From positions 1 to 16,249 of the forward strand of contig CAXBPH010000153.1 in assembly GCA_963977445.1 (NCBI GenBank): 16,249 bases of DNA. Reading direction: 5' to 3'. The translations under genes and the position numbers were made by a program. Positions 1-9,379 of the stretch are shown piece by piece. The notes beneath the pieces were generated by a model. The model did no database searches, was not told the DNA's origin, and worked only from the letters and a program-made list of their open reading frames with translations. This stretch comes from an uncultured bacterium. GTDB taxonomy: Bacteria; Hydrogenedentota; Hydrogenedentia; Hydrogenedentales; JAEUWI01. Within the stretch, counting starts at the first letter, position 1; each line of letters starts with the position of its first letter.

Positions 1-341
1 ATTTTTCCATCATCCATGCTGTAGAGGCGACCGAAGTAGAAGAGCACTTCCGAGGCTGTCAGACGGCCATAGAGCTTGGTATTCCCCGACAGGAACCCGA
101 TATCCTTGCGAATATCATCCTTGGCCTCATCGGTGCGCACATCGCCCACCCAGCAATAGCCGGAAGTGGGGGAGATAATGGTGCCCAACATGCGCAGCAA
201 GGTGGTCTTGCCGGCACCATTGGGGCCCAGAAGCCCAAAAACTTCGCCCGGTTCAACGGAGAACGTTGCCCCTTTTACGGCCTCCACGGCGGCACCGCGA
301 GGGGGATAGAAGACTTTTCGTAATGATTCACAACGTAGCAT
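1..341 (-). CDS. ABC transporter ATP-binding protein (NatA/CcmA-like exporter ATPase), 5' part; runs off the window start
   Basis: Translated by hand from the ATG at 341, with a GGAAGG SD upstream: MLRCESLRKVFYPPRGAAVEAVKGATFSVEPGEVFGLLGPNGAGKTTLLRMLGTIISPTSG...IGFLSGNTKLYGRLTASEVLFYFGRLY. Contains Walker A GPNGAGKT. The frame is open to base 1 and is not in the ORF track. Confidence 0.93.
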   Translation of the reverse strand, partial: MLRCESLRKVFYPPRGAAVEAVKGATFSVEPGEVFGLLGPNGAGKTTLLRMLGTIISPTSGYCWVGDVRTDEAKDDIRKDIGFLSGNTKLYGRLTASEVLFYFGRLYSMDDGK

Positions 342-508
342 GGGGTATCCTTCCAGACTGAGGGCTTAGGGTCGCAATTCGGCACCGAACTTGTCAAGAC
401 AAAGCGGTTCCGATCAAAAGAAGTTTTCCGCAATACTGAACCTGGCCCGTGGATTGGGTTATACTGATCGGGAGCTGGACACGCATTACAATTCCGAGGT
501 ATTTATCG

Positions 509-1918
509 GTGACACCTACATCTTCCAATGCATTAACCCAGGAAAGCCTGGAAGTTACCCGGGAACTGCTTGACCGTTATGATCGGCCGGGCCCCCGCTA
601 TACAAGCTATCCCACCGCCCCCGAATGGAATCAGGATTTTGGCGCTGCGGACTATGCAAAGGCCCTTCAAAAAGCGTCTGAAAACAAGGATGAGCCCCTG
701 TCGCTCTATGTGCACCTGCCCTTCTGCTGGGAGCGGTGCCATTTTTGCGGTTGCAACGTGGTGATTTCCAAACACCCGGAAGTCTCCGGCAAATACCTGG
801 AGTATGTTTACAAAGAGATTGGCATGGTCGCCAAACTGCTTGGTGAGCGAAAGACGGTAAAGCAGCTCCACTGGGGCGGCGGCACGCCGACGTATCAGTC
901 CGTGGAGCAAATCAAGTCCCTCCACGGCATCCTCACCGAGGCCTTTGATTTCGCCCCCGATGCGGAAGTGGCCCTGGAAGTGGACCCGCGCGTGACCTCC
1001 CGCGAGCAACTGGAGACCCTGCGACTTTTGGGCTTCAACCGGATCAGCATGGGCGTCCAGGATCTGGATCCCAAGGTGCAGGCCGCCATCAACCGCAATC
1101 AGACCGAAGCGGAAACGCGCGAGCTCTTCGATACCTGCCGTGAACTGGGTTTTTCGGGCATCAACCTCGACCTCATCTACGGCTTACCCGAGCAGACCCC
1201 GGAGACGTGGACCCGAACCGTGGAAGCGGTAATCGATATAAGGCCCGATCGCCTGGCGGTGTACAGCTACGCTCACCTGCCAGATATGATTAAGCACCAG
1301 CGTAAGATGGACGCCCACCCACGTCCGACGGGTGCAGAGAAGTATGACCTCTTCGCCATAGCCCGTAAATTGTTTGTTGCGGCCGGTTATCGGATTATCG
1401 GCATGGACCATTTTGCCCTGCCCACCGATGAACTCGCCGTGGCGTTGGACGAACGACGTCTGCACCGAAATTTCATGGGGTATACCGTCGTGCCGGCCGA
1501 AGACATGATTGCCTTTGGCGTTTCGGGTATCGGTGAAGTGGGCGGGACCTATGCCCAGAATCAGAAACGTCCTGCCATGTACTACAAGGCACTGGATGAA
1601 GACACCCTGCCCACCATGTGTGGCACTTGGCTCACCGATGATGATGCCATACGCCGCTGGGTGATACGCCAGCTCATGTGCAACTTCTATCTCGACTTCT
1701 CCGTCCTCAAGAGCCGATTTGGCGTGGACTATGACGCCTACTTCGCCGACGAAGAGTCCCGCCTGGAAGAATTTTGCACCGAGGGCTTTATACTCCGGGG
1801 CGATGGGCATTTACAGGTGCTTCCCCTGGGCCAGGCCTTTGTGCGCAATATTGCCATGGTCTTCGATGCCCACCTGAAGAAACCCGCTCATTTTTCCAAT
1901 TTCTCCAGAACCATCTGA
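509..1918 (+). CDS. hemN: Oxygen-independent coproporphyrinogen III oxidase (radical SAM HemN/CgdH)
   Basis: GPRYTSYPTA N-terminal motif typical of true HemN, YVHLPFCWERCHFCGC (CxxxCxxC), HWGGGTPT, NRISMGVQD, DLIYGLP and RNFMGYT. Start reassigned from 449 to GTG 509 because of the GAGGT SD at 496-500. Confidence 0.95.
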   Translation: MTPTSSNALTQESLEVTRELLDRYDRPGPRYTSYPTAPEWNQDFGAADYAKALQKASENKDEPLSLYVHLPFCWERCHFCGCNVVISKHPEVSGKYLEYVYKEIGMVAKLLGERKTVKQLHWGGGTPTYQSVEQIKSLHGILTEAFDFAPDAEVALEVDPRVTSREQLETLRLLGFNRISMGVQDLDPKVQAAINRNQTEAETRELFDTCRELGFSGINLDLIYGLPEQTPETWTRTVEAVIDIRPDRLAVYSYAHLPDMIKHQRKMDAHPRPTGAEKYDLFAIARKLFVAAGYRIIGMDHFALPTDELAVALDERRLHRNFMGYTVVPAEDMIAFGVSGIGEVGGTYAQNQKRPAMYYKALDEDTLPTMCGTWLTDDDAIRRWVIRQLMCNFYLDFSVLKSRFGVDYDAYFADEESRLEEFCTEGFILRGDGHLQVLPLGQAFVRNIAMVFDAHLKKPAHFSNFSRTI

Positions 1919-1958
1919 GTGCGGTTAGTATGCCCGACACTTTTCTGAAAGAGGCCGT

Positions 1959-3323
1959 ATGAGCACCCACTATAAGACCCTTATTGTTGGCGGGGGCATC
2001 ACCGGCGTTTGCGCCGCCTACTATGCAATGAAACAGGAGGGCGGCGAAAACGTCCTCCTCCTGGAAGCCCAGGAAAGCCTCGGTGGAACGGCCCAGACCG
2101 AACAGGTCGATGGCTTCACCTGCGAGCGGGGTCCCAATGGCTTTCTGGACAAGGAACCAAAGACCCTTCAATGGGTTTCGGACCTCGGCCTCAATGCCAG
2201 CATGGTGAAGGCCAATATTGCCGCAGCGCGCCGATTCATCTTCCGAAATGGACGACTCCACGAGCTCAAGCCACCGCCCGCATTCCTGTTTGGCGGACCG
2301 CTTTCCGTTCAGGGGCGGCTGCGACTCTGTGGCGAACCGTTCATTCCTCAGCGGGTCTCCAACGAAGAGGAGTCCATCTGGGATTTTGCCGCACGACGTA
2401 TTGGCGCAGAGGCGGCCGATACCCTGGTAGCACCCATGGTAAGCGGTATCTACGGAGGCGACGCAAAGCAACTGGACCTGGCTTCCTGTTTCCCCAGGAT
2501 GGCCGCCATGGAAGCGACGCACGGTGGACTATTCAAGGCGATGCGCGCGAAAGCCAAAGAAAAAAAGTCCGGCGGCGGCTCGGCCATGGGACCGGGGGGC
2601 ACCCTCACCAGTTTTGGCGGTGGCATGGCGACCCTCATCGGCACAGCGGCGACCGCACTTGGAAACAGCGTTCGACTGAACTGCCCCGTAGCCCGTATCG
2701 CCCGTGGGGCGTCTGGCTATTCGGTCAGCACGACGGGTGGAGAAGAATTCACCGCAGACCGTGTCATCGTTGCCGCCCCAACCCATGGGGCCTGCCACAT
2801 GGTCCGTGAACTCGACAGCGAGCTGGCCGGAGCGCTGGAAGCCATTCCCTATGCCAGCATGGCCGTCGTTTGCACCGGCTATGAACGTTCCGCCGTGCAG
2901 CGCAGTCTCGATGGTTTTGGCTTCCTGGTACCCCGAACCCAAGGCAAACGCATACTCGGTTGTATCTGGACCTCCACGCTCTTTCCCGGGCGTGCCCCGG
3001 ATGACAAGGTGTTGCTCCGAACGATGATTGGCGGTACTGCCGATCCGGAAGCAGTCGGCGAGTCCGATGAAGCCCTGATGAAGATCCTGCGAGATGAGTT
3101 GTTCCCCATTCTTAATATCAAATCGGAACCGGTCCTCCAGCGGGTCTATCGCTGGGAAAAAGCCATCCCCCAATATACTTTCGGCCATCAGGACCGACTA
3201 CGCACTATCGAATCGGCAGAAGGGCGCCACCCCGGCCTCTGCTTTGCCGGCAATGCCTATCGGGGTGTGGGGCTCAATGATTGCGTGGTTTCGGCGTTGC
3301 GGGCGGTAAACGGGGAGCAGTAG
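1959..3323 (+). CDS. hemG: FAD-dependent protoporphyrinogen/coproporphyrinogen oxidase (HemY family, usually annotated HemG)
   Basis: Rossmann motif IVGGGITG, ERGPNGF, SGIYGGD, GFGFLVP, WEKAIPQY and GNAYRGVGLNDCV. Lies 40 bp downstream of hemN with a GAGG SD. Confidence 0.92.
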   Translation: MSTHYKTLIVGGGITGVCAAYYAMKQEGGENVLLLEAQESLGGTAQTEQVDGFTCERGPNGFLDKEPKTLQWVSDLGLNASMVKANIAAARRFIFRNGRLHELKPPPAFLFGGPLSVQGRLRLCGEPFIPQRVSNEEESIWDFAARRIGAEAADTLVAPMVSGIYGGDAKQLDLASCFPRMAAMEATHGGLFKAMRAKAKEKKSGGGSAMGPGGTLTSFGGGMATLIGTAATALGNSVRLNCPVARIARGASGYSVSTTGGEEFTADRVIVAAPTHGACHMVRELDSELAGALEAIPYASMAVVCTGYERSAVQRSLDGFGFLVPRTQGKRILGCIWTSTLFPGRAPDDKVLLRTMIGGTADPEAVGESDEALMKILRDELFPILNIKSEPVLQRVYRWEKAIPQYTFGHQDRLRTIESAEGRHPGLCFAGNAYRGVGLNDCVVSALRAVNGEQ

Positions 3324-3419
3324 CGTACCCACACACGAGCAAGTTGTCTTGTTGACACCGACCCGGCTTTTCCTGTTTCATGGAGTTTCTATGTATCTCT
3401 TTCACGACAGGAATTTTAC

Positions 3420-4892
3420 ATGCAAACATCACGTCGCACCTTCCTGAAGCGCATGGCCCTGACCGGGCTCAGCGCGGCCACTTTGACGCGGGTCACTTCG
3501 GCACAAGCTGCCCGACCGAATTTTCTTTTCATCCTCGCTGATGATTTAGGCTGGAAGGACCTCGGTTGCTATGGCAGCACCTTCTACGAAACCCCCAACC
3601 TGGATCGCCTCGCGTCTACCGGTGCCCGTTTCACCAATGCCTACGCTGCCTGCCCTGTATGTAGTCCAACCCGGGCCAGCATATTGAGCGGGAAGTATCC
3701 GGCGCGCATGGCCACGACCGACTGGTTTGGAGCACCCCAGCCTGAAACGGCCAAAGATCATAAAGGTACCCGCGACAAACCGCTCTTGCCGGCCCCCTAT
3801 GTCTCCGAACTGCCCCTGGAGGAAGTGACTATAGCCGAGGCACTCAAGGAAAAGGGCTACGCAACGTTCTTTGCGGGCAAATGGCATCTGGGGGACGCAG
3901 GTTTCTTTCCCCAGGACCAGGGTTTTGATGAGAATCAGGCTGGCCATCATCGGGGAAGTCCGCCGGGCGGCTATTTCTCTCCCTATAAGAACCCCGAGCT
4001 ATCCGATGGGCCCGAAGGCGAACATTTGCCCGACCGATTGGCCCGGGAGACCAACGCCTTTATCGACGCCCACAAGGAGGGGCCCTTTTTCGCCTACCTG
4101 TCGTTTTACTCAGTCCACACACCACTACAGGCCCGGAAAGACCTCATTGCGAAATATGAGAAGAAGAAGGCCGCCATGGGGGATCTGGAACCCATCTGGG
4201 GTGAGGAAGGGGAACGGAAATCGCGCCTCGTTCAGGAACATGCCATCTACGCCGGCATGGTGGAAGCCATGGACGCCGCCGTGGGCACGGTACTGGACCA
4301 TTTGGATGCGCAAGGGCTCGCCGACAACACGGTGGTCATCTTCATGTCCGACAATGGTGGTTTATCCACCTCCGAGGGCCATCCCACATCCAATCTGCCG
4401 CTTCGTGCCGGCAAAGGCTGGCTCTACGAAGGCGGCATCCGAGAACCCATGATTATCCGCGCTCCCGGTGTGACCAACGCCGGAAGCGTGTGCTCGACTC
4501 CCGTAACCAGCACCGACTTTTACCCTACCATGTTGTCGCTGGCTGGCTTGGCTCCCAGACCCGAGCAGCATGTGGATGGAGTAAGCCTATTACCCCTGTT
4601 AAAAGGTGGCAAATCGCTGGACCGTGACGCCCTCTATTGGCATTACCCCCACTATGGCAACCAGGGGGGAACGCCGGGCGCGGCTATCCGTGAAGGGGAC
4701 TGGAAGCTGATTGAATTCTTCGATGACAAACCGGTGGAACTATACAATCTCGCAGACGATGTAGGGGAGACCACAAATCTTGCCGCCGATCACAAAAAAT
4801 TGGTTACGCGACTTCGCGGGAAACTCAATACCTGGCAAAAGGATGTTGGCGCGCGCTTCCCGACCCCCAATCCCAATGCAAAAACGTCGTAG
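3420..4892 (+). CDS. Tat-exported Cys-type (formylglycine-dependent) sulfatase
   Basis: Twin-arginine signal SRRTFLK, PNFLFILADDLG, CSPTRAS (CxPxR), GKWHLG, SDNGG, GKGWLYEGGIREP and ELYNLADDVGE. Confidence 0.95.
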   Translation: MQTSRRTFLKRMALTGLSAATLTRVTSAQAARPNFLFILADDLGWKDLGCYGSTFYETPNLDRLASTGARFTNAYAACPVCSPTRASILSGKYPARMATTDWFGAPQPETAKDHKGTRDKPLLPAPYVSELPLEEVTIAEALKEKGYATFFAGKWHLGDAGFFPQDQGFDENQAGHHRGSPPGGYFSPYKNPELSDGPEGEHLPDRLARETNAFIDAHKEGPFFAYLSFYSVHTPLQARKDLIAKYEKKKAAMGDLEPIWGEEGERKSRLVQEHAIYAGMVEAMDAAVGTVLDHLDAQGLADNTVVIFMSDNGGLSTSEGHPTSNLPLRAGKGWLYEGGIREPMIIRAPGVTNAGSVCSTPVTSTDFYPTMLSLAGLAPRPEQHVDGVSLLPLLKGGKSLDRDALYWHYPHYGNQGGTPGAAIREGDWKLIEFFDDKPVELYNLADDVGETTNLAADHKKLVTRLRGKLNTWQKDVGARFPTPNPNAKTS

Positions 4893-4910
4893 GGCGACAA
4901 ATCCAGTGCT

Positions 4911-5711
4911 TTAGTTGTCCTGCGCCTCCTCGAAGACAAAGGCTTTGTCGTCCAAGGGACGAATCCAGATATTGCGGAAGCGAACCGGGTGGTCGTGGTC
5001 TTGCAGTTGCATGGGGCCGCATTCTGTCTTGAGGAGGCTCGCCAGGATACGCTCCGCGTAGGGCGTCGTGCGGAAGTGGAGGGGGGTATAGATGGACTGG
5101 TGCTCCAGAAAGTGGGTGTTGTGTTGCACGAGTACGCCGTTGAGCATGACCGTTATTTCTCCGTCCTTCACCGGCTTTCCCGTCTCATCTCTTCGGGGTG
5201 CGGTAAAAATCACGTCATAGCTTTGCCAGGTATCCACGTCCCGGGTGGCGTCCACGAGGGGCGCGCTGAATTTATATAAGGAGCCGGTGCTGTCCATGGG
5301 GGCCATATCATTGTTGAAGCTGTCAATAATCTGAAGCTCGAAAAGGCCATGTAAATAGAGACCGCTATTGGCCGCAGCCACCCCTTCCACGGTGCTCTTG
5401 GGAAAACTGAATTCCACATGAATCTGGGCGTCACGAAAGTGAAGGCGGGTCCAAAGCCCCTGCTGCCGCTCCTGCTGACCCGGCTGGACGATAATAGTCC
5501 CGTTTTCCAGCAACCAGTTACAGGGTCCGCCATTGGGACCGGCAAGCATACTGGTGTCCTTGCCGTCGAAGATTACGACCGCATCATCGGGCACGCCGCT
5601 TTCCGTATGCACTTTTTTGAGCGGCTCCTCCGCCCATAGGGGGGCCACAAACAAGACCGTTGCATAAAAGAGGCTGGTAGCAATACGCAGGTAGTTCATG
5701 CGGTTAAGCAT
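4911..5711 (-). CDS. DUF1080 / 3-keto-disaccharide hydrolase-like secreted protein
   Basis: Signal peptide, DAVVIFDGKD, FRDAQIHVEF, NSGLYLHGLFELQIIDS, WQSYDVIFTAPR and LQDHDHPVRFRNIWIRPL. TAAGGAG SD upstream. Confidence 0.88.
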   Translation of the reverse strand: MLNRMNYLRIATSLFYATVLFVAPLWAEEPLKKVHTESGVPDDAVVIFDGKDTSMLAGPNGGPCNWLLENGTIIVQPGQQERQQGLWTRLHFRDAQIHVEFSFPKSTVEGVAAANSGLYLHGLFELQIIDSFNNDMAPMDSTGSLYKFSAPLVDATRDVDTWQSYDVIFTAPRRDETGKPVKDGEITVMLNGVLVQHNTHFLEHQSIYTPLHFRTTPYAERILASLLKTECGPMQLQDHDHPVRFRNIWIRPLDDKAFVFEEAQDN

Positions 5712-5756
5712 CGTGGATACTCCTTAAAGAGGCAATTGGAACTTCGTAAATTTTGG

Positions 5757-7202
5757 TCACGAGATGCTATGGAGAAGCAACGCTTCGATACGGTTCACGA
5801 TATCCATTGCTTCGGCTTTGTTTCGAATCCCCCCAACAGTATGCTTTCTTTGTTTTCCCGTATGAATGCGTATCGTGTAGTAAGGAGTCGCTCCCGATTG
5901 CATGGTTATGTGGGCATCGACGCCGGTAATGTCTGCAATGGGTACCACCGACCGCGAACCAATGCCCAGTATAGACTTGTCTATATGGGCAGACCCGTGC
6001 TCGAAATACAGACGTGCGCTGCCAAACCAGATCCACAGGGCGGTCGCAATAAGCAACAGATCGAAGAAACCGAATACAATAGGGAACAGCAGGGGAACTT
6101 CGCCGCTATAGAGCATGACCACAATGATTCCGGTCCATATGGTGGTAAAAAGTGTAATGCTGAATACCACACTCCAACTCCGGCGCGGACGCGCATAGAA
6201 TTCAAGCGAATCTACTTGTTCAATAACGTCTATGGACGGCTTCCACTGGGGCAATGAGGCCGAGGTGTAGGCGTCTAGTTCTGCAGGGTCCGGTTTCTTA
6301 TCGCTACTGTCTTCCGTAACAAATACGGGCACGATAAATTCGATCAGGAAGTCGATTCCCGATACGGCGGCCTTCGCTTTGAGTTCCCATTCGTAGCGAC
6401 TGGTCGGTGCCCCCGGCGTTGACGGCGTGCACGCGCGCGGCACAAAAAAACGAATGGGAATGGCTACGGAACCGTCGCCCTCTGTCGCCAGGTGCTCGTG
6501 TCCCACATTCAGGGTTTCTTGCCACTTCACGTTGCGATGGGCGGTTCTGTTTTTTCCACTGCCTGACGTGTAGCAATGAAAGCAGGTGAGCTGGGTCTCG
6601 ACGGCATCGCCTGGTCCAACGTTCACAGGTGCCCAAATCACAGCGCGAAACCAACCGCCTATTATTCCTGGATTCGTCAGTAGATCACACCCGACCTTAC
6701 CAAATTTATAAGATCGCAGGGTGGCGTAAATAGCCGCCAGCAACATACTGAAACCCACAATCGGAAAGAGGAATACCGTATAGGCGATAAGTCCTTTTCT
6801 GAGAATCTCATCCAGATTCGCAAGAATAATGACACTCATGCCACTAAAAACAATACCCATGAACCAATAGACCGCAACCCCGGCGGGTGTGGAAGAATTT
6901 ACCCGACCGGACGCCCAATCTTTCCGCCACAACCAAGGCGCATCAGGATACTGGGCCTTTAGTTTCTCCAGTTCTTTTTTCCGCTTTGCCCCCCAGAAAA
7001 CGGCAAGTATTAAACCACCACCCACGAGTGTAAACACAAACCCCACGCCCAGCATGGCGATAATTTCTTCGGTGAATTCACGTTTGTCGAAAACGGTGTA
7101 GATACCCTTTCCCAAGGCACCCAACCCGGCAATCAGGAATGGGGCGAGAAAAACCATAGTACAACCGATTGATCCGCTTTCGTTTTTTGTGCTTATGGCC
7201 AT
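5757..7202 (-). CDS. Hypothetical integral membrane protein (about 6 TM helices, with soluble beta-rich domains)
   Basis: Start reassigned to ATG 7202 (AGGAG SD; MAISTKNES...). Three pairs of hydrophobic helices, a PWLWRKDWASG linker, a central beta-rich domain of about 140 aa and a C-terminal beta-rich domain ending in a helix. Confidence 0.85.
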   Translation of the reverse strand: MAISTKNESGSIGCTMVFLAPFLIAGLGALGKGIYTVFDKREFTEEIIAMLGVGFVFTLVGGGLILAVFWGAKRKKELEKLKAQYPDAPWLWRKDWASGRVNSSTPAGVAVYWFMGIVFSGMSVIILANLDEILRKGLIAYTVFLFPIVGFSMLLAAIYATLRSYKFGKVGCDLLTNPGIIGGWFRAVIWAPVNVGPGDAVETQLTCFHCYTSGSGKNRTAHRNVKWQETLNVGHEHLATEGDGSVAIPIRFFVPRACTPSTPGAPTSRYEWELKAKAAVSGIDFLIEFIVPVFVTEDSSDKKPDPAELDAYTSASLPQWKPSIDVIEQVDSLEFYARPRRSWSVVFSITLFTTIWTGIIVVMLYSGEVPLLFPIVFGFFDLLLIATALWIWFGSARLYFEHGSAHIDKSILGIGSRSVVPIADITGVDAHITMQSGATPYYTIRIHTGKQRKHTVGGIRNKAEAMDIVNRIEALLLHSIS

Positions 7203-7301
7203 CTTATCTCCTGAATTTGTTCTCAGGTGCCCAATGTACTGGACGACGGAAGGCCAGAGCAACCCGGGCCGCTTCGAAACCACCTATGACAGGAACAGGA
7301 T

Positions 7302-9248
7302 TTAATGGTTGTAGGGCACGCCCCACACTTCGACCTCAATATAGTGGTTGTTGTTATTGGCTGTGTTTCCATTGCTGAAGCACCGCACATAGCGGCCCAC
7401 GGCATCTTTCCCGTCGATGTAGCGCCCCGTGTATTTCTCGACATATTCTCTATCCGTCCCCACGCCCATACCCAGCGAATTATCATGGTCATTGTTGTAT
7501 AGCATCGTCCCGTCTTTGCCGTCGGGCCTCGACGAAACCCGCACGGCGACATCCTGATAAACCCGTTGGTCTTCGTAGTAATGCCAGACAATAACCGCCG
7601 TGATTCGATAGTCCGCTTCCAAATGTATCTGAACCCACTGGGGCCCCGGCGGCAATACGATGACATTCTCTTTCGAATAGTCCTTTTTGCTGTCGCTAAG
7701 TCGACCGATATCGGCATAGGGGTCCTTGGTATTACTCGACGATACGGGACGTCCCCGCGAGATGATGCGGGCCTGCTCATTCGGGACGTTCCGCACCGGT
7801 GCCCCATGCCCTTCTTCTTCAAGGTTGGGCGACCAATAGTCCAGGGGCGTTCCTCCGTAACTTGGTTCGGGGTAGGTGATTTCCCGGTCATCTGGAAAGA
7901 GTAGCGTTCCAATCTCCATCGTGGGTGCCACCTCAAATTCCGAAAGGCTAAGGGTTGTTTCTACGTGGGGCTCTTTCGCCGTCAGTGCGACCACCACGGA
8001 ATCCCAACGAGTACCTTCGGTGGCCGTGACCTCATAGCTTCCCAGGGGGAGTCCATCAAAGTTAACCAGGCCCGTGTTTTCGAGGGAATGGACACGCTCG
8101 ATTCCACGTTGAAGTGGAGGAGACGATGGATCTTCCGGAACCTGCTGCAGCTCAACCCGTATGGCTTCGCCGGGCAATGGGCCAAGCAAGTCATGCCGCT
8201 CGATGGTGCACTCAATCCGGCCCGGCTCCGTTTTCGTCACCAACTCGCTGCGGGAGAGATTGGGGCTATCTGAGACGGCGGAAACACCTTCGTTTTCCAT
8301 GGCCAAATTCGCCGATATCGCCCGTGTCAGATCATTTTCAGGTACACCTCGGCTCTCGCCCATGTCGACACCACGAGATTCCCGTTGGTCAAGTCGTCCT
8401 CCCCCATTGCCCGGAGTTTCCCGTGCAGCGGACGTGTCGGGCGTTTCTGAACCTTTCTCCTGCGTCATGACAACCTTTTCGCCTCCTCCATCCTCACGGC
8501 CTTTGAAGGTAAATAGCGCCAGGCCACCTAAGACAAGACACAGACCAATACCAGCCGCTTTCAGCATGCCACCCCAAAGCGACGTCGCCGCGCCGAAGCT
8601 TGCCGATACGGATAGGGCAGGCCCTTTGAGGGCGATATTGCCCAAGGCCGCCATGAGCGCCGGGGGAACCGCATCGGCAAGGTGGGCGGCAAATAAGGTG
8701 GATAGAACGGCGGTGGGATGGACGATACCCCGTCGTTGTAGCCCGCTTCGCAATGTCTCTACGGCCCGTTTAATACGCTGACTCACTGCCGCCCGGGAGA
8801 TGCCAAGTTCGCGGGCAATGGCCAGATGGGTTTGACCCTCGTGAAAATGTCGTAGTACAGGATACTTCAGTTTTTCCGGCAGGGCGTGAATAAGTTCATC
8901 GATAATTGGAGAAATCTCATCCCACGCGGGCTCCACCAGGTCAGCGCTTTCTTGCGCATATCCCGTTTCCCGATTGCGTCTCCGGGCCTCACTCCGCAGC
9001 ATTTCAAGGGAGCAACGGGTCGCCACGGTATGGAGCCAGCCCGGCAGCGAAGTCTTCACCGCAGCGGGCATTTCGGCCAATTTCAGGAAACAAACCTGGG
9101 TGGCATCCTCCGCCGCCGTGGCATTGCGCAGTATGCGCCGACACGTCCCATAGACCATGCCGGTATGGCGGGCAACCAGTTTTTGAAAGGCCTCCGCATC
9201 ACCTTGCTCTCGCCATCGTGCCAATAATTGTGTCTCAGCCGGACTCAT
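7302..9248 (-). CDS. ECF-family sigma-70 factor with C-terminal extension (TM helix, linker, beta-sandwich, discoidin/F5-8-like domain)
   Basis: Sigma2 (AFQKLVARHTGMVYGTCRRIL...AEDATQVCF...GWLHTVA) and sigma4 (LPEKLKYPVLRHFHEGQTHLAIARELGISRAAVSQRIKRA). Hydrophobic segment MLKAAGIGLCLVLGGLALFTF. C-terminal QWVQIHL...GRYVRCFSNG...YIEVEVWG. AGGGAG SD 9 nt before the ATG. Confidence 0.92.
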   Translation of the reverse strand: MSPAETQLLARWREQGDAEAFQKLVARHTGMVYGTCRRILRNATAAEDATQVCFLKLAEMPAAVKTSLPGWLHTVATRCSLEMLRSEARRRNRETGYAQESADLVEPAWDEISPIIDELIHALPEKLKYPVLRHFHEGQTHLAIARELGISRAAVSQRIKRAVETLRSGLQRRGIVHPTAVLSTLFAAHLADAVPPALMAALGNIALKGPALSVSASFGAATSLWGGMLKAAGIGLCLVLGGLALFTFKGREDGGGEKVVMTQEKGSETPDTSAARETPGNGGGRLDQRESRGVDMGESRGVPENDLTRAISANLAMENEGVSAVSDSPNLSRSELVTKTEPGRIECTIERHDLLGPLPGEAIRVELQQVPEDPSSPPLQRGIERVHSLENTGLVNFDGLPLGSYEVTATEGTRWDSVVVALTAKEPHVETTLSLSEFEVAPTMEIGTLLFPDDREITYPEPSYGGTPLDYWSPNLEEEGHGAPVRNVPNEQARIISRGRPVSSSNTKDPYADIGRLSDSKKDYSKENVIVLPPGPQWVQIHLEADYRITAVIVWHYYEDQRVYQDVAVRVSSRPDGKDGTMLYNNDHDNSLGMGVGTDREYVEKYTGRYIDGKDAVGRYVRCFSNGNTANNNNHYIEVEVWGVPYNH

Positions 9249-9313
9249 TTCCCATATCTCCCTGCGGTGTTGTCATCATACGCTCTATGGTAATGATGCC
9301 GCCAATGGGGATT

Positions 9314-9379
9314 TGGTAAGATTAAAGCGCATTGGGACACGCGGTGCCGTGTATGTCGATGGAGGAGATATGGTAGAGT
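9314..9379 (+). promoter_or_regulatory. Two candidate extended -10 promoter elements for the kinase gene
   Basis: TG-G-TAAGAT at 9314-9322 and TG-G-TAGAGT at 9371-9379 both match TGnTAnnnT. Motif match only. Confidence 0.3.

Noticed and set aside
59..256. 65-aa minus-strand ORF from the track
   Set aside because: Wrong frame; the real gene is the ABC ATPase starting at 341.
509..1918. Radical SAM enzyme as an anaerobic sulfatase maturase for the nearby sulfatase, or as HemW
   Set aside because: It has the HemN-specific PRYTSYP and RNFMGY motifs and no Cys-rich SPASM domain.
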